Shown: positions 19,811 to 30,215 of the stretch, piece after piece
Position numbering within the stretch: position 1 is the first letter of the stretch
Layout: each line of letters starts with the position of its first letter
DNA from: a virus
IMG/VR virus record: IMGVR_UViG_3300024261_002043
Coordinates: 32,001-96,000 of that record
Length of the DNA: 64,000 nt
Strand: one strand, 5' to 3'
Made by a program: the position numbers and the translations under genes
Notes under the pieces: generated by a model
The model's database searches: none
Told to the model about the DNA's origin: nothing
Seen by the model: only the letters and a program-made list of their open reading frames with translations

Positions 19811-21655
19811 TTATCTCACTGTCACGACGATGTCATCAGATGGATACCTTACTTCAAACATAGAGCCATTTGGACCTACAATCATTTCTTGTATCGTATT
19901 CCCATCTACACTAAACGTAACGTCGCTGTACGTTCTGGTGTCTATTTTTCCGCTTAGATTAGAAACTTTAAAGTCTACCAAAGATATTACTCCGTCGCTG
20001 TTTAATATCGCGTTCATAATATCTGCCTTCGGAATAGGTTGGTCAATTTGCATGTTTCTTATATCTAATAGGTTCTTAAGATTTATTATAATCCTTTGTG
20101 CAACTTGATTTTTATTAGAATCTGGATGTGCAACGACGTCTATGAAGACACCTAGATTAATAACAGCAGAGTCCATGATGTCATACGCATCGCTAACAGC
20201 CCTATATTCATTTAGATATTTTCTTAAATTCTTCTTCAAGGTATCTGACGACATCTTTAACTTTCCAGATCTATCTCTTGATACTATGAAAATTTGAGAT
20301 GCCAAAGAATTAATAGGGTTTGGTCGTATGCCAACCCTGAATACCCTACCGAATGCATTTGGCAAAGTGTATATTCTAGCTATCAGGTCTGACTTTGTTA
20401 CAATTCTTGATTGACTATTTCTACTGGCAGGTATTTGTGACCTTAGCTCTTCTATAGTCGGTGCGCGGTCACCGTCTAAAGCAGGAAGAGGGTTTGTAAC
20501 GTCTATACTAGACCTCACTGCCGCGGCTTCTGCAGCTAACGCAGCTTGTGGAAACTTTAAAAATAATCTTGTTATTGTGCGTACAGACCCTGCGCCGACA
20601 TTGTGCTTTAGACCTCCGCCGGCCCTATATGATATAGTAACAGTTGTGTTTCTAGGCGATATTCCCAACGTTTGAGTCTGCATCATCTTGTTAGGGTCTA
20701 TGGTAAATCTAGAAAACGTTTTCTTACCGTATAGTGGCAAAGCTAAATCAGAGGGATCTGGAAGCAGATCATTATCCGTTGTCTGGGCGTCACCTGACCC
20801 GAATTGGACTGTTGTTAATTTTGTATCGTAGTCATAGTCTGTTATGAACCTATAGGGTGCCGGAGCAACTTCGAGATTATACTCTACGTCGTCACTATCA
20901 TAAGCTTTATTCATGATCCTTTTAAATACAGTATCTTGAGACAAGGACTCTACTTCGTAATATTCATTCCCATCGCTATCCTTTACGCTGACTATATCTG
21001 TTACATTTTCATCAGGTAATATCAGCTTGCGGAACGCTTTTCTAACATTAGGTATCGGAAATGACTCATCTTTTCTTGTACCAGATATTGTTAGACCCGA
21101 CATGATTACAACAAATGATGTCGGGTTGTTACTCGCGTCAGTAGCAACAACAACCGACTCATATAGATAATTTCCGTCCTTATCTTTTTTAGAGAAATCT
21201 AAATCATCCATTAGAGTAAAGCTAACACCGTCATTAGAAACGAATGTTGTGGATGACTGTACGACGGGAAGCAGATTTCTCTTAGGTATGTATTGACCCT
21301 CTAATACTTCTGCTGGCAGCTCAAAATATATTTTTATCATAGCGACAGAAGGATTTGCGCCTCGCGCTTTGACACCAGCATTTCTTAGATGCCTCTTTAT
21401 GTTTTTATTCTCTACAGCCGTTGACCAGTTTAGCTCATTAAATTGATGATCCAAATAATAAGACATAGTGTCACCAACATATGACGCCATATCTAAAAGT
21501 AGACCTCCTAGCCCTGGCTCTGTAAAGTCCTGTATCTTATCTGAAAAGAATAATTTAGCATGAGAAAATAATTCATTCCGAAAAGACTGGAAGTCTTTTG
21601 CAAGATAATTTCTCTTGTTAGCATTCTTCAGCTGCTTCTTAACGTTAATCGCCAT
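19811..21655 (-). CDS. Baseplate wedge subunit, T4 gp6 / baseplate J-like
   Basis: YLAKDFQSFR...LLLDMASYVGDTMSYYLD; VQFGSG; SYRAGGG; SQSRIVTKSD motifs. Confidence 0.9.
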   Translation of the reverse strand: MAINVKKQLKNANKRNYLAKDFQSFRNELFSHAKLFFSDKIQDFTEPGLGGLLLDMASYVGDTMSYYLDHQFNELNWSTAVENKNIKRHLRNAGVKARGANPSVAMIKIYFELPAEVLEGQYIPKRNLLPVVQSSTTFVSNDGVSFTLMDDLDFSKKDKDGNYLYESVVVATDASNNPTSFVVIMSGLTISGTRKDESFPIPNVRKAFRKLILPDENVTDIVSVKDSDGNEYYEVESLSQDTVFKRIMNKAYDSDDVEYNLEVAPAPYRFITDYDYDTKLTTVQFGSGDAQTTDNDLLPDPSDLALPLYGKKTFSRFTIDPNKMMQTQTLGISPRNTTVTISYRAGGGLKHNVGAGSVRTITRLFLKFPQAALAAEAAAVRSSIDVTNPLPALDGDRAPTIEELRSQIPASRNSQSRIVTKSDLIARIYTLPNAFGRVFRVGIRPNPINSLASQIFIVSRDRSGKLKMSSDTLKKNLRKYLNEYRAVSDAYDIMDSAVINLGVFIDVVAHPDSNKNQVAQRIIINLKNLLDIRNMQIDQPIPKADIMNAILNSDGVISLVDFKVSNLSGKIDTRTYSDVTFSVDGNTIQEMIVGPNGSMFEVRYPSDDIVVTVR

Positions 21656-21661
21656 AAATCT

Positions 21662-22159
21662 TTATCCTGCGCTATATAGAAGTACTTCTATCGTTCTTAG
21701 TTCTGTTCTTAATTTAGGGATCTTATAGCTAATACTAATCCCTATCTTTGCAACATCCTTATTATCAAAGTGATCAACAAATGGAGAGAATGTTTCAAGA
21801 GAAATATAAGGCATGTATTTCATAACTGCCTTACTAACCCTTGACATAGCTTCAGATTGAGCACCTTCATCTTGCATTTCAAAAGTTAGCTCTGCTAAGT
21901 TAGCTCCGAAATCAGGTAAACCTAATCGTTCGCCTTTATTCGTAAGGATTAAATTCTGTAGATTATCATGAATTTGATCTGGGAAATTACGATGCATCTC
22001 TAGAAAACTTTTCCCATCATCAGATAACGCTACAGGTGTTTTTATACCTACTGGAGGTACCTCTACCTGTGAATTTGCCAGCTTACCACTTTGCTCTACA
22101 GATACGCCTGAAGACTTAAAACTGTAAACTTTTCTATCAGAAACTCTTGTTATTGCCAT
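21662..22159 (-). CDS. Baseplate protein gp25/GPW-like (sheath initiator)
   Basis: QIHDNLQNLILTNKGERLGLPDFGANL signature. Confidence 0.9.
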   Translation of the reverse strand: MAITRVSDRKVYSFKSSGVSVEQSGKLANSQVEVPPVGIKTPVALSDDGKSFLEMHRNFPDQIHDNLQNLILTNKGERLGLPDFGANLAELTFEMQDEGAQSEAMSRVSKAVMKYMPYISLETFSPFVDHFDNKDVAKIGISISYKIPKLRTELRTIEVLLYSAG

Positions 22160-22175
22160 TTTGTACCACCGTACC

Positions 22176-22182
22176 TAAATAT
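22176..22182 (-). promoter_or_regulatory. Candidate late promoter ATATTTA
   Basis: About 17 nt upstream of the gp25-like start, heading the baseplate/fibre operon. Confidence 0.5.
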
Positions 22183-22211
22183 CAAGGCGAAAAAAATAGT
22201 GGCACTTATAA

Positions 22212-22487
22212 CTAGTTTAGTGTGCCATTACCCGCGCCGAAGCCTGTACCGACCACTGGACCGGTTGGACCGGCACCTACAACTGCGGTATTCACAGATG
22301 TAACTACTACAGCGGCAGTAGCATATGCATGAATTGCAGCAGCCAGATCTTTGGCAATTTGCCTGTTTATAGCTGCTGGACTAACTTCTACATCTACGTC
22401 GCCAGGGTTGATATAGTCTGTCCTTGCTTTTTCCAGCGCGTTAAAGATTGCTAATTCTAACGGTACCTTCGCTACTCCTAGTGGCAT
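22212..22487 (-). CDS. Small baseplate/spike-associated protein
   Basis: Directly follows the spike gene; LAAAIHAY..VVGAGPTGPVVGTG; start moved to ATG 22487 (GAGGAGG SD). Confidence 0.6.
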   Translation of the reverse strand: MPLGVAKVPLELAIFNALEKARTDYINPGDVDVEVSPAAINRQIAKDLAAAIHAYATAAVVVTSVNTAVVGAGPTGPVVGTGFGAGNGTLN

Positions 22488-22497
22488 AATATCCTCC

Positions 22498-24324
22498 TCA
22501 TTCGCCAAATATCCTGTCAGATTTTAAGGTTTCTATTTCTGACTTTCTTGCATCCATAGCCGTGTTTAATGCATTCGCGGCAGTGTTTATTTGCGGAGAT
22601 GGTGCGCCATAACCGGGGGTGGTATGTGTTAGTAGCTTACTACAGAATGACTTGACATCATCCATTACTTTATTAAGTAGATCCTCTAGCTGCTGGTATC
22701 TAACATATGGTTGGGACTCTCCCTCACCGGGACCCGTACCTACTCCACCATCAGCAGTTGCACGGCCGAGAACTATTTTCGAGCCGTTTATTTGTATAGT
22801 GCCGTCAGGCAGTATCATTATAGCTCCTAGATCATCAGCTGGTGACCCCTCTTTTATTAACCTGATTGAACCATTAATCTCCGGGGCACCAGGCGCTGGT
22901 TCGTCAGCAGCAGCCTTTCTAGCTATAATCCTGATTTCATCTGCCTTAGCTAATATAGCTGATGGATTTTCATCAGTCTTGTTTACTAGATCAAAACTAC
23001 CAAAGCTTTCTCCAATAGCAGTAGGTATTGCAACGCCTTGCTCACTAATACTAAAGTTTTCATCTACATTTGTTGCATGTGAAATAAGCAGTCTTGCAGC
23101 ATCGCCAAAATAATCAGGATCACCTTCTGTGGGGTTATCAGCTCTATTTAGCTCGGCATTATCTGACTCTTGTGGGTTCTTGTTTACCTCTACCCAAGCC
23201 TGTCGACCTTTTTCCGGATCAGGTGAGTTTTTTATTACTCTTGCAGCTGGTGGAAACGGTTCATCAGTCTCGCTATTACCTACAAATCTCCAGTTGTATC
23301 TTCCTCTGCCCGCTACAATGTCTATTGATCCCCAATGCTTTTCCTTTCTACCCTCTATTACATCTTCTGTTTCTGTCGCATTAGAATACTCACTAGATGC
23401 AGGATCATCAGTTTTTTTCCAGCCTCTTTCTTCGCCTAAACAAATAAGCGTGTTGTTTGATCCTTGTATTACTAGATCACCGGGTCTCTTAGTATACCGA
23501 GGGACGTCTTGAGTTCTAAACTGTCTATATCCTGTCGCTATATTTACAATATCTTCGTAAGAGTATTCTTCCTTAAGGGTGAACGCATCCTGATCGCCTG
23601 TACCATTGGGGAAGCCAAATATTCTATCATCTATACCGTTACCATCCTTGTCCAGTGGCTCTGTTCCAGCTTCTGCTTGTCCCGTGTCATCTGGTGTTGC
23701 GGGTGTTACACCCTCTTTTTGCTTAACAGACGTCGCAGCATCAGCCTTATCTTTCGCTGTCTTAGGCACAAGAGAGCCAGCAAACTTTCTATCACCATGA
23801 GTAAAGTTAACATCGTCAATATGATCTGGCTCTGTTATTCTACACATCCAATACATTATCTTTTGCGGAATATCGGGCGAATCTGCCACTAGCCAAACTT
23901 GCTCACCAGGTTTTAGGGGCATGCACAAATGAGGAGGAAAGAATGGGTAAGCTAAAATACCGACCTCTCCTAACTTTTCTTTTTTAGCTATAGTCTCTTT
24001 TTCTTTTTTGGCCTTGGCTTTTTCTTCTTCGCTAGGTTTTTCGGTCGCTTCGGTAGCGGATTTGTCTTTTCCACCAGATATAACTCTAGCGATTATAGAG
24101 TTTCTAGGCGCGGTCGCAAGTAGGTCAGGTGAGTCAACTAGTGCCTTCATTTCCTCTACGTCTTCCTCAGGAAATGCCGCTAGATCATATAGCACTTCAA
24201 CAACTACAGCTCTAGTTAATACAGTGGTTGCAGGTGCGGTATCTTGATTTCTTACCGTTTCAGCAACAGAAGAGTTAGTTTGTAAGGATTCTGATATCGC
24301 ATCCTTACCGGAGCCTACAGCCAT
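22498..24324 (-). CDS. Baseplate central spike / hub protein (gp5/gpV-like)
   Basis: OB-fold-like PLKPGEQVWLV, PGDLVIQGSNNTLICLG, C-terminal HTTPGYGAPS; upstream of gp25-like gene. Confidence 0.7.
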   Translation of the reverse strand: MAVGSGKDAISESLQTNSSVAETVRNQDTAPATTVLTRAVVVEVLYDLAAFPEEDVEEMKALVDSPDLLATAPRNSIIARVISGGKDKSATEATEKPSEEEKAKAKKEKETIAKKEKLGEVGILAYPFFPPHLCMPLKPGEQVWLVADSPDIPQKIMYWMCRITEPDHIDDVNFTHGDRKFAGSLVPKTAKDKADAATSVKQKEGVTPATPDDTGQAEAGTEPLDKDGNGIDDRIFGFPNGTGDQDAFTLKEEYSYEDIVNIATGYRQFRTQDVPRYTKRPGDLVIQGSNNTLICLGEERGWKKTDDPASSEYSNATETEDVIEGRKEKHWGSIDIVAGRGRYNWRFVGNSETDEPFPPAARVIKNSPDPEKGRQAWVEVNKNPQESDNAELNRADNPTEGDPDYFGDAARLLISHATNVDENFSISEQGVAIPTAIGESFGSFDLVNKTDENPSAILAKADEIRIIARKAAADEPAPGAPEINGSIRLIKEGSPADDLGAIMILPDGTIQINGSKIVLGRATADGGVGTGPGEGESQPYVRYQQLEDLLNKVMDDVKSFCSKLLTHTTPGYGAPSPQINTAANALNTAMDARKSEIETLKSDRIFGE

Positions 24325-24327
24325 TGT

Positions 24328-24696
24328 TTACTCCTGTATCCTTGAAAATAGATCATCTGAGTTTATAGCATTATGTTCGTTTTCAGACTTAGATATTATT
24401 TCTGCTAATTTGATCATTTGATCATTCGCTTTATTCATTCTTTCTAGATATTTTGACAGTGTTGATCCTAAGGTCGCATGTTCAGTAGTACCTTGAGACA
24501 TAGTCGTATATGCTTCTACAAAAAGTATATGAGCATTTTGCCGATCTAAAACAGCGTTTTCATAAATCTCTTTCCACAAAATTCTCTTCTTCGAATCGGC
24601 ATGCTCTATTTTTTCAAGAACCTTAGCAAAATCATCGACCCTCTTTTTTAAATCATCAAACTCTTGTAACGTAGATGTCACTTTTTCAACAGTCAT
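24328..24696 (-). CDS. Hypothetical helical protein
   Basis: 122 aa, AGGAG SD, between the sigma-like gene and the spike gene. Confidence 0.7.
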   Translation of the reverse strand: MTVEKVTSTLQEFDDLKKRVDDFAKVLEKIEHADSKKRILWKEIYENAVLDRQNAHILFVEAYTTMSQGTTEHATLGSTLSKYLERMNKANDQMIKLAEIISKSENEHNAINSDDLFSRIQE

Positions 24697-24704
24697 TTTT
24701 TCTC

Positions 24705-25433
24705 CTACAAAAGGTCTACTATCTTTTCATCATGTACGATTGTCTTATAGTGCTTTCTTATTCTAGACATCGCAACAGACAGCTGCTTAGAGTTTAGGCC
24801 AGATATCTCTCTTATATATACATAGATTGCACGCTTATTTAAGAAGTCTAAATTTTCAACATTCTCAAATACTTTTCTAATCGCGTCGATGCATAGGACT
24901 TCGTTAGGCTTCTTTATACGACTCTCTAGCTCGTCTATGACTTTGAACATTTCATTTTTTAGATTTCTTTTTTCTAAAATCTCATCAGGGCCAGGGACAA
25001 CTTGATAATTCGCAATTTTATGTTTGTCAGCAGAGCTTAGATGAGCCATTTCTGACATAGAGACGTGGCGATGGAAATTCTTTTTTGCGTTTCGGCATCT
25101 TATTATAAGCCAGTTTTTTGCAACAACGTTAAAATATGAAAAAGCCTTTGTACCTCTAGCAGGATCCCATTTATGTATTGTCTCGTATAGAAACGCAACG
25201 CAATCTGTCTTCATAGACAATACTGTTTCATACGGAGACTTAAATCCGTAAACATATATCAAGCTTTCGGCTAGCTGATCGAACGCTGGAGCTATTTTTT
25301 CTTTGTATATTACAGCGCGCTTAGACCTGTCTTCTTCCCCCTGGTATTCTTCTATCGAGGCCTGTGTATCCTTAGTAAAATACATATTCCTCTTTTGTCC
25401 AGGCTTTCTTCTTATTATCTTTTTCTTTTTCAT
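24705..25433 (-). CDS. Phage late-transcription sigma factor (T4 gp55-like, divergent sigma-70 region 2)
   Basis: N-terminal MYFT, ETIHKWDPARGTKAFSYFNVVAKN region-2 motif, C-terminal HTH-like IREISGL. Confidence 0.75.
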   Translation of the reverse strand: MKKKKIIRRKPGQKRNMYFTKDTQASIEEYQGEEDRSKRAVIYKEKIAPAFDQLAESLIYVYGFKSPYETVLSMKTDCVAFLYETIHKWDPARGTKAFSYFNVVAKNWLIIRCRNAKKNFHRHVSMSEMAHLSSADKHKIANYQVVPGPDEILEKRNLKNEMFKVIDELESRIKKPNEVLCIDAIRKVFENVENLDFLNKRAIYVYIREISGLNSKQLSVAMSRIRKHYKTIVHDEKIVDLL

Positions 25434-25750
25434 GACATTTCCAGAGGATCCTCTACGGTTCCTTGTTTCATATCAGATGTTAATACATTCGATATATCTA
25501 CTATAGCATCTCTGCATGACTGCATATCTCTATGAATCTTCTTAATTTCAGCAGAGTCAGAGAATAAAGGTATCTCAAGAATCTTATCCATCGACTGTAT
25601 TCTTTCGTCCATCAATTCTAGCGAATCCTCTAACGAGTCTTCGACATCAAGTACTGTAATCCCTAGTCTATATAATATCTTAGCGCAATACGCGGTGGTG
25701 CATGCAAAAAATACACATAAAATTAACAGCAATATCTCAAGAACAGTCAA
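25430..25750 (-). CDS. Membrane-anchored coiled-coil protein
   Basis: N-terminal hydrophobic helix followed by an acidic heptad-like region. Confidence 0.65.
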   Translation of the reverse strand: MTVLEILLLILCVFFACTTAYCAKILYRLGITVLDVEDSLEDSLELMDERIQSMDKILEIPLFSDSAEIKKIHRDMQSCRDAIVDISNVLTSDMKQGTVEDPLEMS

Positions 25751-26915
25751 TTAAGTCACCTAGCGCTTCATCGTATTTTTTAGCTATAGACTTCATAGAG
25801 TAGTTATTGGCCATTTTTTCCATAGATTTTTTAGCCCACTCTCTCGGAACATCAGGGGACTTTCGTAGTTTTTTTACCCTAGACTTAAAGTGGTTTTCGG
25901 AAGGTTGCGCCCACTTAGCACCAGAGCACCAGATCCTATCGTCAACCATTTCATCAGGAATCGCCTCTATCTTATAGTCGACGTCTAGAAATCTTACATC
26001 TTTCATAAAGTCCATATGACCAGAGTGTTTTGTTGCTATAACAGGTAGTCCATTGACTGTAGCATCTAAAATTGGTAGCCCCCAGCCTTCCCCACGGGTT
26101 GCGGCACAGAGCGCATTTACTTTTTCATGAGACATCAAGGAAGAAATTTCTTCACGATCCATTAAACCGTGTAGAACATGAAATCTTGGATAGGGTCCAT
26201 CTCTAACAACAGACAGTATATTCTCAACCGTCCTTGTTGTCACTCTTCTGTCTTGACACGTCAAGCGGCCCATATTCGTCTTTAATATAATACCGACGTC
26301 TTTATCATTCTTAAATTCTTCGCATAACCACTTAATCATATTCATGGTATTTTTTCTGTCTGTCATTGCATGACGACCGGTAATTTGACCAAAAATCAAA
26401 AAATTAAAAGAAGTAGAAATTTTATCTAACCTGTCAGAAAATTCCTTTGAACTAGGTGTAGATTTTAGGCTGCATGTATAACCTTCCGGTACATTAAAGA
26501 TCTTTGATCTATCAAATCCACCGTTGATAAAGGACTCTTTAGAGTATGTACTAGGAACGATTAATCTGTCCATATTTCTAGCAGCGGTAATCCAATGGGG
26601 ATGACATCTATCTGCTTCTATACCGGCGGTTATACCTACGTTTTTAACGGCAAGGTTTGGGTCCCACTCGTCAGGTAGCTGAATCTGTAATGATATGTCT
26701 GCTTTCTTGCCTTCGGGTAGTGGGCCTGAATTTTGCATGATGTCTCCAATTAGACCATCCTCTGCATCCGGATCTACATAATACGTGCACATACCCCATG
26801 GGACTATCTGTGCCCTCACATCCCAGCCCTTAGACTTTGCCCAGCGCCAAACTTGTCTAGTATGTGAACCATATCCTGTTACACTTAAAAGTGGGCCTCT
26901 AACGATAGCGATCAT
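25737..26915 (-). CDS. Glycosyltransferase family 4 (GT-B)
   Basis: TGYGSHTR N-terminal motif; TRGEGWGLPILDA..GLPVIAT. Confidence 0.9.
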   Translation of the reverse strand: MIAIVRGPLLSVTGYGSHTRQVWRWAKSKGWDVRAQIVPWGMCTYYVDPDAEDGLIGDIMQNSGPLPEGKKADISLQIQLPDEWDPNLAVKNVGITAGIEADRCHPHWITAARNMDRLIVPSTYSKESFINGGFDRSKIFNVPEGYTCSLKSTPSSKEFSDRLDKISTSFNFLIFGQITGRHAMTDRKNTMNMIKWLCEEFKNDKDVGIILKTNMGRLTCQDRRVTTRTVENILSVVRDGPYPRFHVLHGLMDREEISSLMSHEKVNALCAATRGEGWGLPILDATVNGLPVIATKHSGHMDFMKDVRFLDVDYKIEAIPDEMVDDRIWCSGAKWAQPSENHFKSRVKKLRKSPDVPREWAKKSMEKMANNYSMKSIAKKYDEALGDLIDCS

Positions 26916-26918
26916 TTA

Positions 26919-28181
26919 TTATAACTCCGAAATATCATAGCGTTCAACAACTCTTTCGCCTTCTCGCCAGTTGTCGACTAGTGTCTTAAGCGAATCATGC
27001 CATTTATCAATGGTGGCTTCCATGCTAAACTCGGACTGTACGTACTCTCTTGCCTTCTCACCGATTGCGCTACGTTCATCTTCACTCATGGAGTATATTT
27101 TATGTATCGCATCGGCTGTGTCTTCTATAGACGAATAGTCCTCGTAAATATACGGTACTGTTTGAGAACCAACACATGACCTAAGCTTTATATCTAGGGC
27201 GACGCCATTCTCTGAACCATCTCGATGGTCTATGACTTGTCTTGTTAGCCCACCGGTTTTTGATGCTATTATCGGGTTTCCGACTTTCATGGACTCTAAA
27301 GTCGCTAGCCCAAAGCCTTCAGCGTACGCGATGTTGAGGCAAACGTCGGATATGTTATGAAGCACGTTCATTTGATCAAATCCGAGTCTTTCCTTAGAAA
27401 ATTTTACGCTATCAAGTACACCAAAGTTGTTTGCTACAGCTATAAGATCTGGACCTTCTTGATCATGAGGATCAGTATGCATTAAAAGTGTAGCGCCTCT
27501 ATCTTCAGGTGTTAACTTTTTCCTAAACTCGCTCCAGGCCTCTATTACGTCGGCCGGCCTTTTTCTTTTAGCATTTCTATTTACCCAAAATACAACAAAG
27601 TCGTCCTTTCTTTGAGACCCTAAAAGCTGCGTCTTAAATCGGTTTTTTTCTTCCTTGGGCAATGGAAAAAACAGTTCATCTGGAAGCGCATGAGGTATAA
27701 AGTTAGTTCTTTCTGGAAAATGCTCTTTAACCATTCTATAAGTTAGATGTGAATGACAATTTATTAAATCTGTTGAGGCATAGTAGTCAAAATTAAACTT
27801 AGGTGTTGGATGATTGTCCCAAACATGCCAATAGGCTATAGGGCATATCTGATGTATTTCATCCTCCATAGCCCATAACCACGTAAAGAATCTAGGATCT
27901 GTAAAGATCATAAGAACGTCAGGTTTTTCTGCAGCTAATGCAACGCGCAGCATATCTGGATTGCCAAAGCCGTCGATAGGCTTAATCACAAAATCAGGAT
28001 GAGGTTGTTGGACTGAATAGTCTACGTGCTTTAGAGCAGCCCCAAATTGCCTTACTGTCCAACAGCCTTTCTCTATCAGGCCGTTCATTAAAAACCTAGA
28101 CTGACACCCAACACCTGACGTACTCATCGCGTGATCAGATAATAAGAGTATCTTCATTTTCTTGCTTTGCATTTCCAGCAC
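26919..28181 (-). CDS. Glycosyltransferase family 4 (GT-B)
   Basis: NRNAKRKR and AEGFGLATLESM..GNPII..TGGL motifs. Confidence 0.9.
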   Translation of the reverse strand: MLEMQSKKMKILLLSDHAMSTSGVGCQSRFLMNGLIEKGCWTVRQFGAALKHVDYSVQQPHPDFVIKPIDGFGNPDMLRVALAAEKPDVLMIFTDPRFFTWLWAMEDEIHQICPIAYWHVWDNHPTPKFNFDYYASTDLINCHSHLTYRMVKEHFPERTNFIPHALPDELFFPLPKEEKNRFKTQLLGSQRKDDFVVFWVNRNAKRKRPADVIEAWSEFRKKLTPEDRGATLLMHTDPHDQEGPDLIAVANNFGVLDSVKFSKERLGFDQMNVLHNISDVCLNIAYAEGFGLATLESMKVGNPIIASKTGGLTRQVIDHRDGSENGVALDIKLRSCVGSQTVPYIYEDYSSIEDTADAIHKIYSMSEDERSAIGEKAREYVQSEFSMEATIDKWHDSLKTLVDNWREGERVVERYDISEL

Positions 28182-28255
28182 TACTCCAAACGATTAAAAA
28201 GCTTATGTGTGTAATCATATCTTATAACAACAGGAAGTATATTTATCTGCTGTAT

Positions 28256-29140
28256 TCACCCAGGACAGTTGGTTGTTCCCTTAAATTCGCAGAACAAGCA
28301 TGACTGTCTATTTTTTAAATAAATACCTCTTCTAACAGACTTTACCATGCTTCTCATTATTGACAAAGCATTCTCTTCAGCTTTTGGACCTACTGATACT
28401 TTAACTAGTTCGCATGTATTACCAGGCTTTCCGCCTCTTTTAAGTAATACAAAACCACACTTAACTTGCTTTGTATCAAATCCATTCTTCTTCATCCAAA
28501 AAGATTTGTATAAAGCAATTTGAGCCCATGTCAAGATATCTCTTCTTTTAGATGCGTACCAACCTTTATCACCTGCTGTCTTCCAGTCAATGACGTAATA
28601 GAATTCCTTACCTTTAATCTTAACTTTTAAGCACGCATCTATGAACCCTTTAAAAAATATATCATATCCATCAACGAACTCGTAAAGTTGTTCCTCTGCG
28701 CTTATAACACTCCACTCATCGAATTCGCTATCTAAAAAAGCTGGTAATTCTTCAAGAGAGTTTTTTGCCCACTCTAACCAAGAAGGAAGATAATCATGAG
28801 ACTTTGGTTTCCAGCCTTGAGACTTTCGATAATCAGCTTGTGACTTTATCCACTCGTCAGAGTCGAAACCTTTTTCTTCCCACGCTTCAGTTATCTTGTT
28901 TAAGACAGCTTGGACGTCCATGGTCTTGGTTTTTAAAAAGTTTTCTATACCGTCATGTAGCGCTGTGCCATAAGAAAGATAAGGACTTGGATCGTCTTTT
29001 ACAATCTTGTCGATATACGTTAGTTTATGCCGCCAAGGACACTCTTTCCAAAGACGAATCTCAGAATAAGAAACATGAGGCTTGTTGGTCGGAAACGAAA
29101 TAAGATCTATTCGTTCTTTATCATTAATATTATTCTTCAT
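28256..29140 (-). CDS. PD-(D/E)XK exonuclease, Cas4/RecB/AddB-like with 4-Cys Fe-S staple
   Basis: SYS..ECPW, YGTALH, GFID, IDWKT, QIALY, CLFCEF..C. Confidence 0.88.
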   Translation of the reverse strand: MKNNINDKERIDLISFPTNKPHVSYSEIRLWKECPWRHKLTYIDKIVKDDPSPYLSYGTALHDGIENFLKTKTMDVQAVLNKITEAWEEKGFDSDEWIKSQADYRKSQGWKPKSHDYLPSWLEWAKNSLEELPAFLDSEFDEWSVISAEEQLYEFVDGYDIFFKGFIDACLKVKIKGKEFYYVIDWKTAGDKGWYASKRRDILTWAQIALYKSFWMKKNGFDTKQVKCGFVLLKRGGKPGNTCELVKVSVGPKAEENALSIMRSMVKSVRRGIYLKNRQSCLFCEFKGTTNCPG

Positions 29141-29148
29141 ACTATCTA

Positions 29149-29177
29149 ATCATAGTAGGAAAATGGTAGGTTTACAA
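29149..29177 (-). promoter_or_regulatory. Sigma-70-type promoter TTGTAA-17bp-TATGAT (probably leaderless transcript)
   Basis: -35 at 29172-29177, -10 at 29149-29154, ATG 8 nt downstream of -10 with no SD. Confidence 0.6.
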
Positions 29178-29183
29178 GATAAT

Positions 29184-30155
29184 CTACTTTAAGCCTTCGA
29201 GTCGTTTGAGATCTGACTCATACATCATCTTTGCCAGTGTGTCTATATCGACCTCTGGGGACCATCCAAGTTTATCTAATGCCTTCTTAGGATCACCTAA
29301 TAAAAGTGGGACCTCGTGTGGACGGAACAACCTTTCGTCAACCTTAACATACTCTTCTACATCTAGACCAGCTATATCAAATACTTTGTTTAAGAAGTCT
29401 CTAACAGTAAAAGTTTCACCAGTAGCTATAACATAATCATCTGGCGACTCTTGCTGTAGCATTAACCACATAGCGTCTACGTAATCTCCGGCAAACCCCC
29501 AGTCTCTTTTTGCATCTAGGTTCCCTAGATATAACTTATCTTGGAGGCCTAACTTTATCTTAGCGGCGGCAAGAGTTATTTTTCTAGTCACAAATGTTTC
29601 ACCTCTACGAGGGCTTTCATGATTAAACAGTATACCACTTGATATGTGCATATTGTAAGAGGCCCTATAGTTTCTGCATAGATTATGTGCGAAGGCTTTA
29701 GCACATGCATAAGGACTTGCTGGTTGGAGAGTTGTTAATTCAGACTGCGGTGCTTCCGGATTGTCACCAAACATTTCAGATGAACTTGCTTGATACATTC
29801 TTATGCTAGGGTCTACTAACCGAATAGCTTCCAAGATCTTTAACGTCCCCATTGCAATTGTGTCAACAGTCTCTATTGGAACATCAAAAGAAACTCTGAC
29901 GTGTGATTGTGCGGCTAAGTTATAGAATTCTTGTGGTCTATACTTTGTTAATAACCTGTATAAAGATGATGAGTCATGTAGTGAGTAATATTCTAAACAA
30001 AGCATTGGGTTATCGAATATATGATCTATTCTATCTGTAGATAATAGGCTAGTTCTTCTTTTTAGACCAACGACCCTATAGCCCTTCTTTAACAAAAGCT
30101 CTGCTAGATATGAGCCGTCTTGTCCTGTTATTCCAGTTATCATAGCTGTTTTCAT
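29184..30155 (-). CDS. gmd: GDP-mannose 4,6-dehydratase
   Basis: ITGITGQDGSYLAELLL, NLAAQSHV, YQASSSEMFG, FNHESPRRGETFVTRKI, LGNLDAKRDWG. Confidence 0.97.
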   Translation of the reverse strand: MKTAMITGITGQDGSYLAELLLKKGYRVVGLKRRTSLLSTDRIDHIFDNPMLCLEYYSLHDSSSLYRLLTKYRPQEFYNLAAQSHVRVSFDVPIETVDTIAMGTLKILEAIRLVDPSIRMYQASSSEMFGDNPEAPQSELTTLQPASPYACAKAFAHNLCRNYRASYNMHISSGILFNHESPRRGETFVTRKITLAAAKIKLGLQDKLYLGNLDAKRDWGFAGDYVDAMWLMLQQESPDDYVIATGETFTVRDFLNKVFDIAGLDVEEYVKVDERLFRPHEVPLLLGDPKKALDKLGWSPEVDIDTLAKMMYESDLKRLEGLK

Positions 30156-30215
30156 AATCACTCCTGATTCATATTACGAATAAGCAATTCATTATATAAA
30201 AGCTTATCCAGATTT

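Noticed and set aside
28256-29140. Cas4-like gene as part of a CRISPR-Cas system
   Set aside because: No cas1/cas2, effector genes or array in the window; solo Cas4/RecB-like nucleases are common in phages
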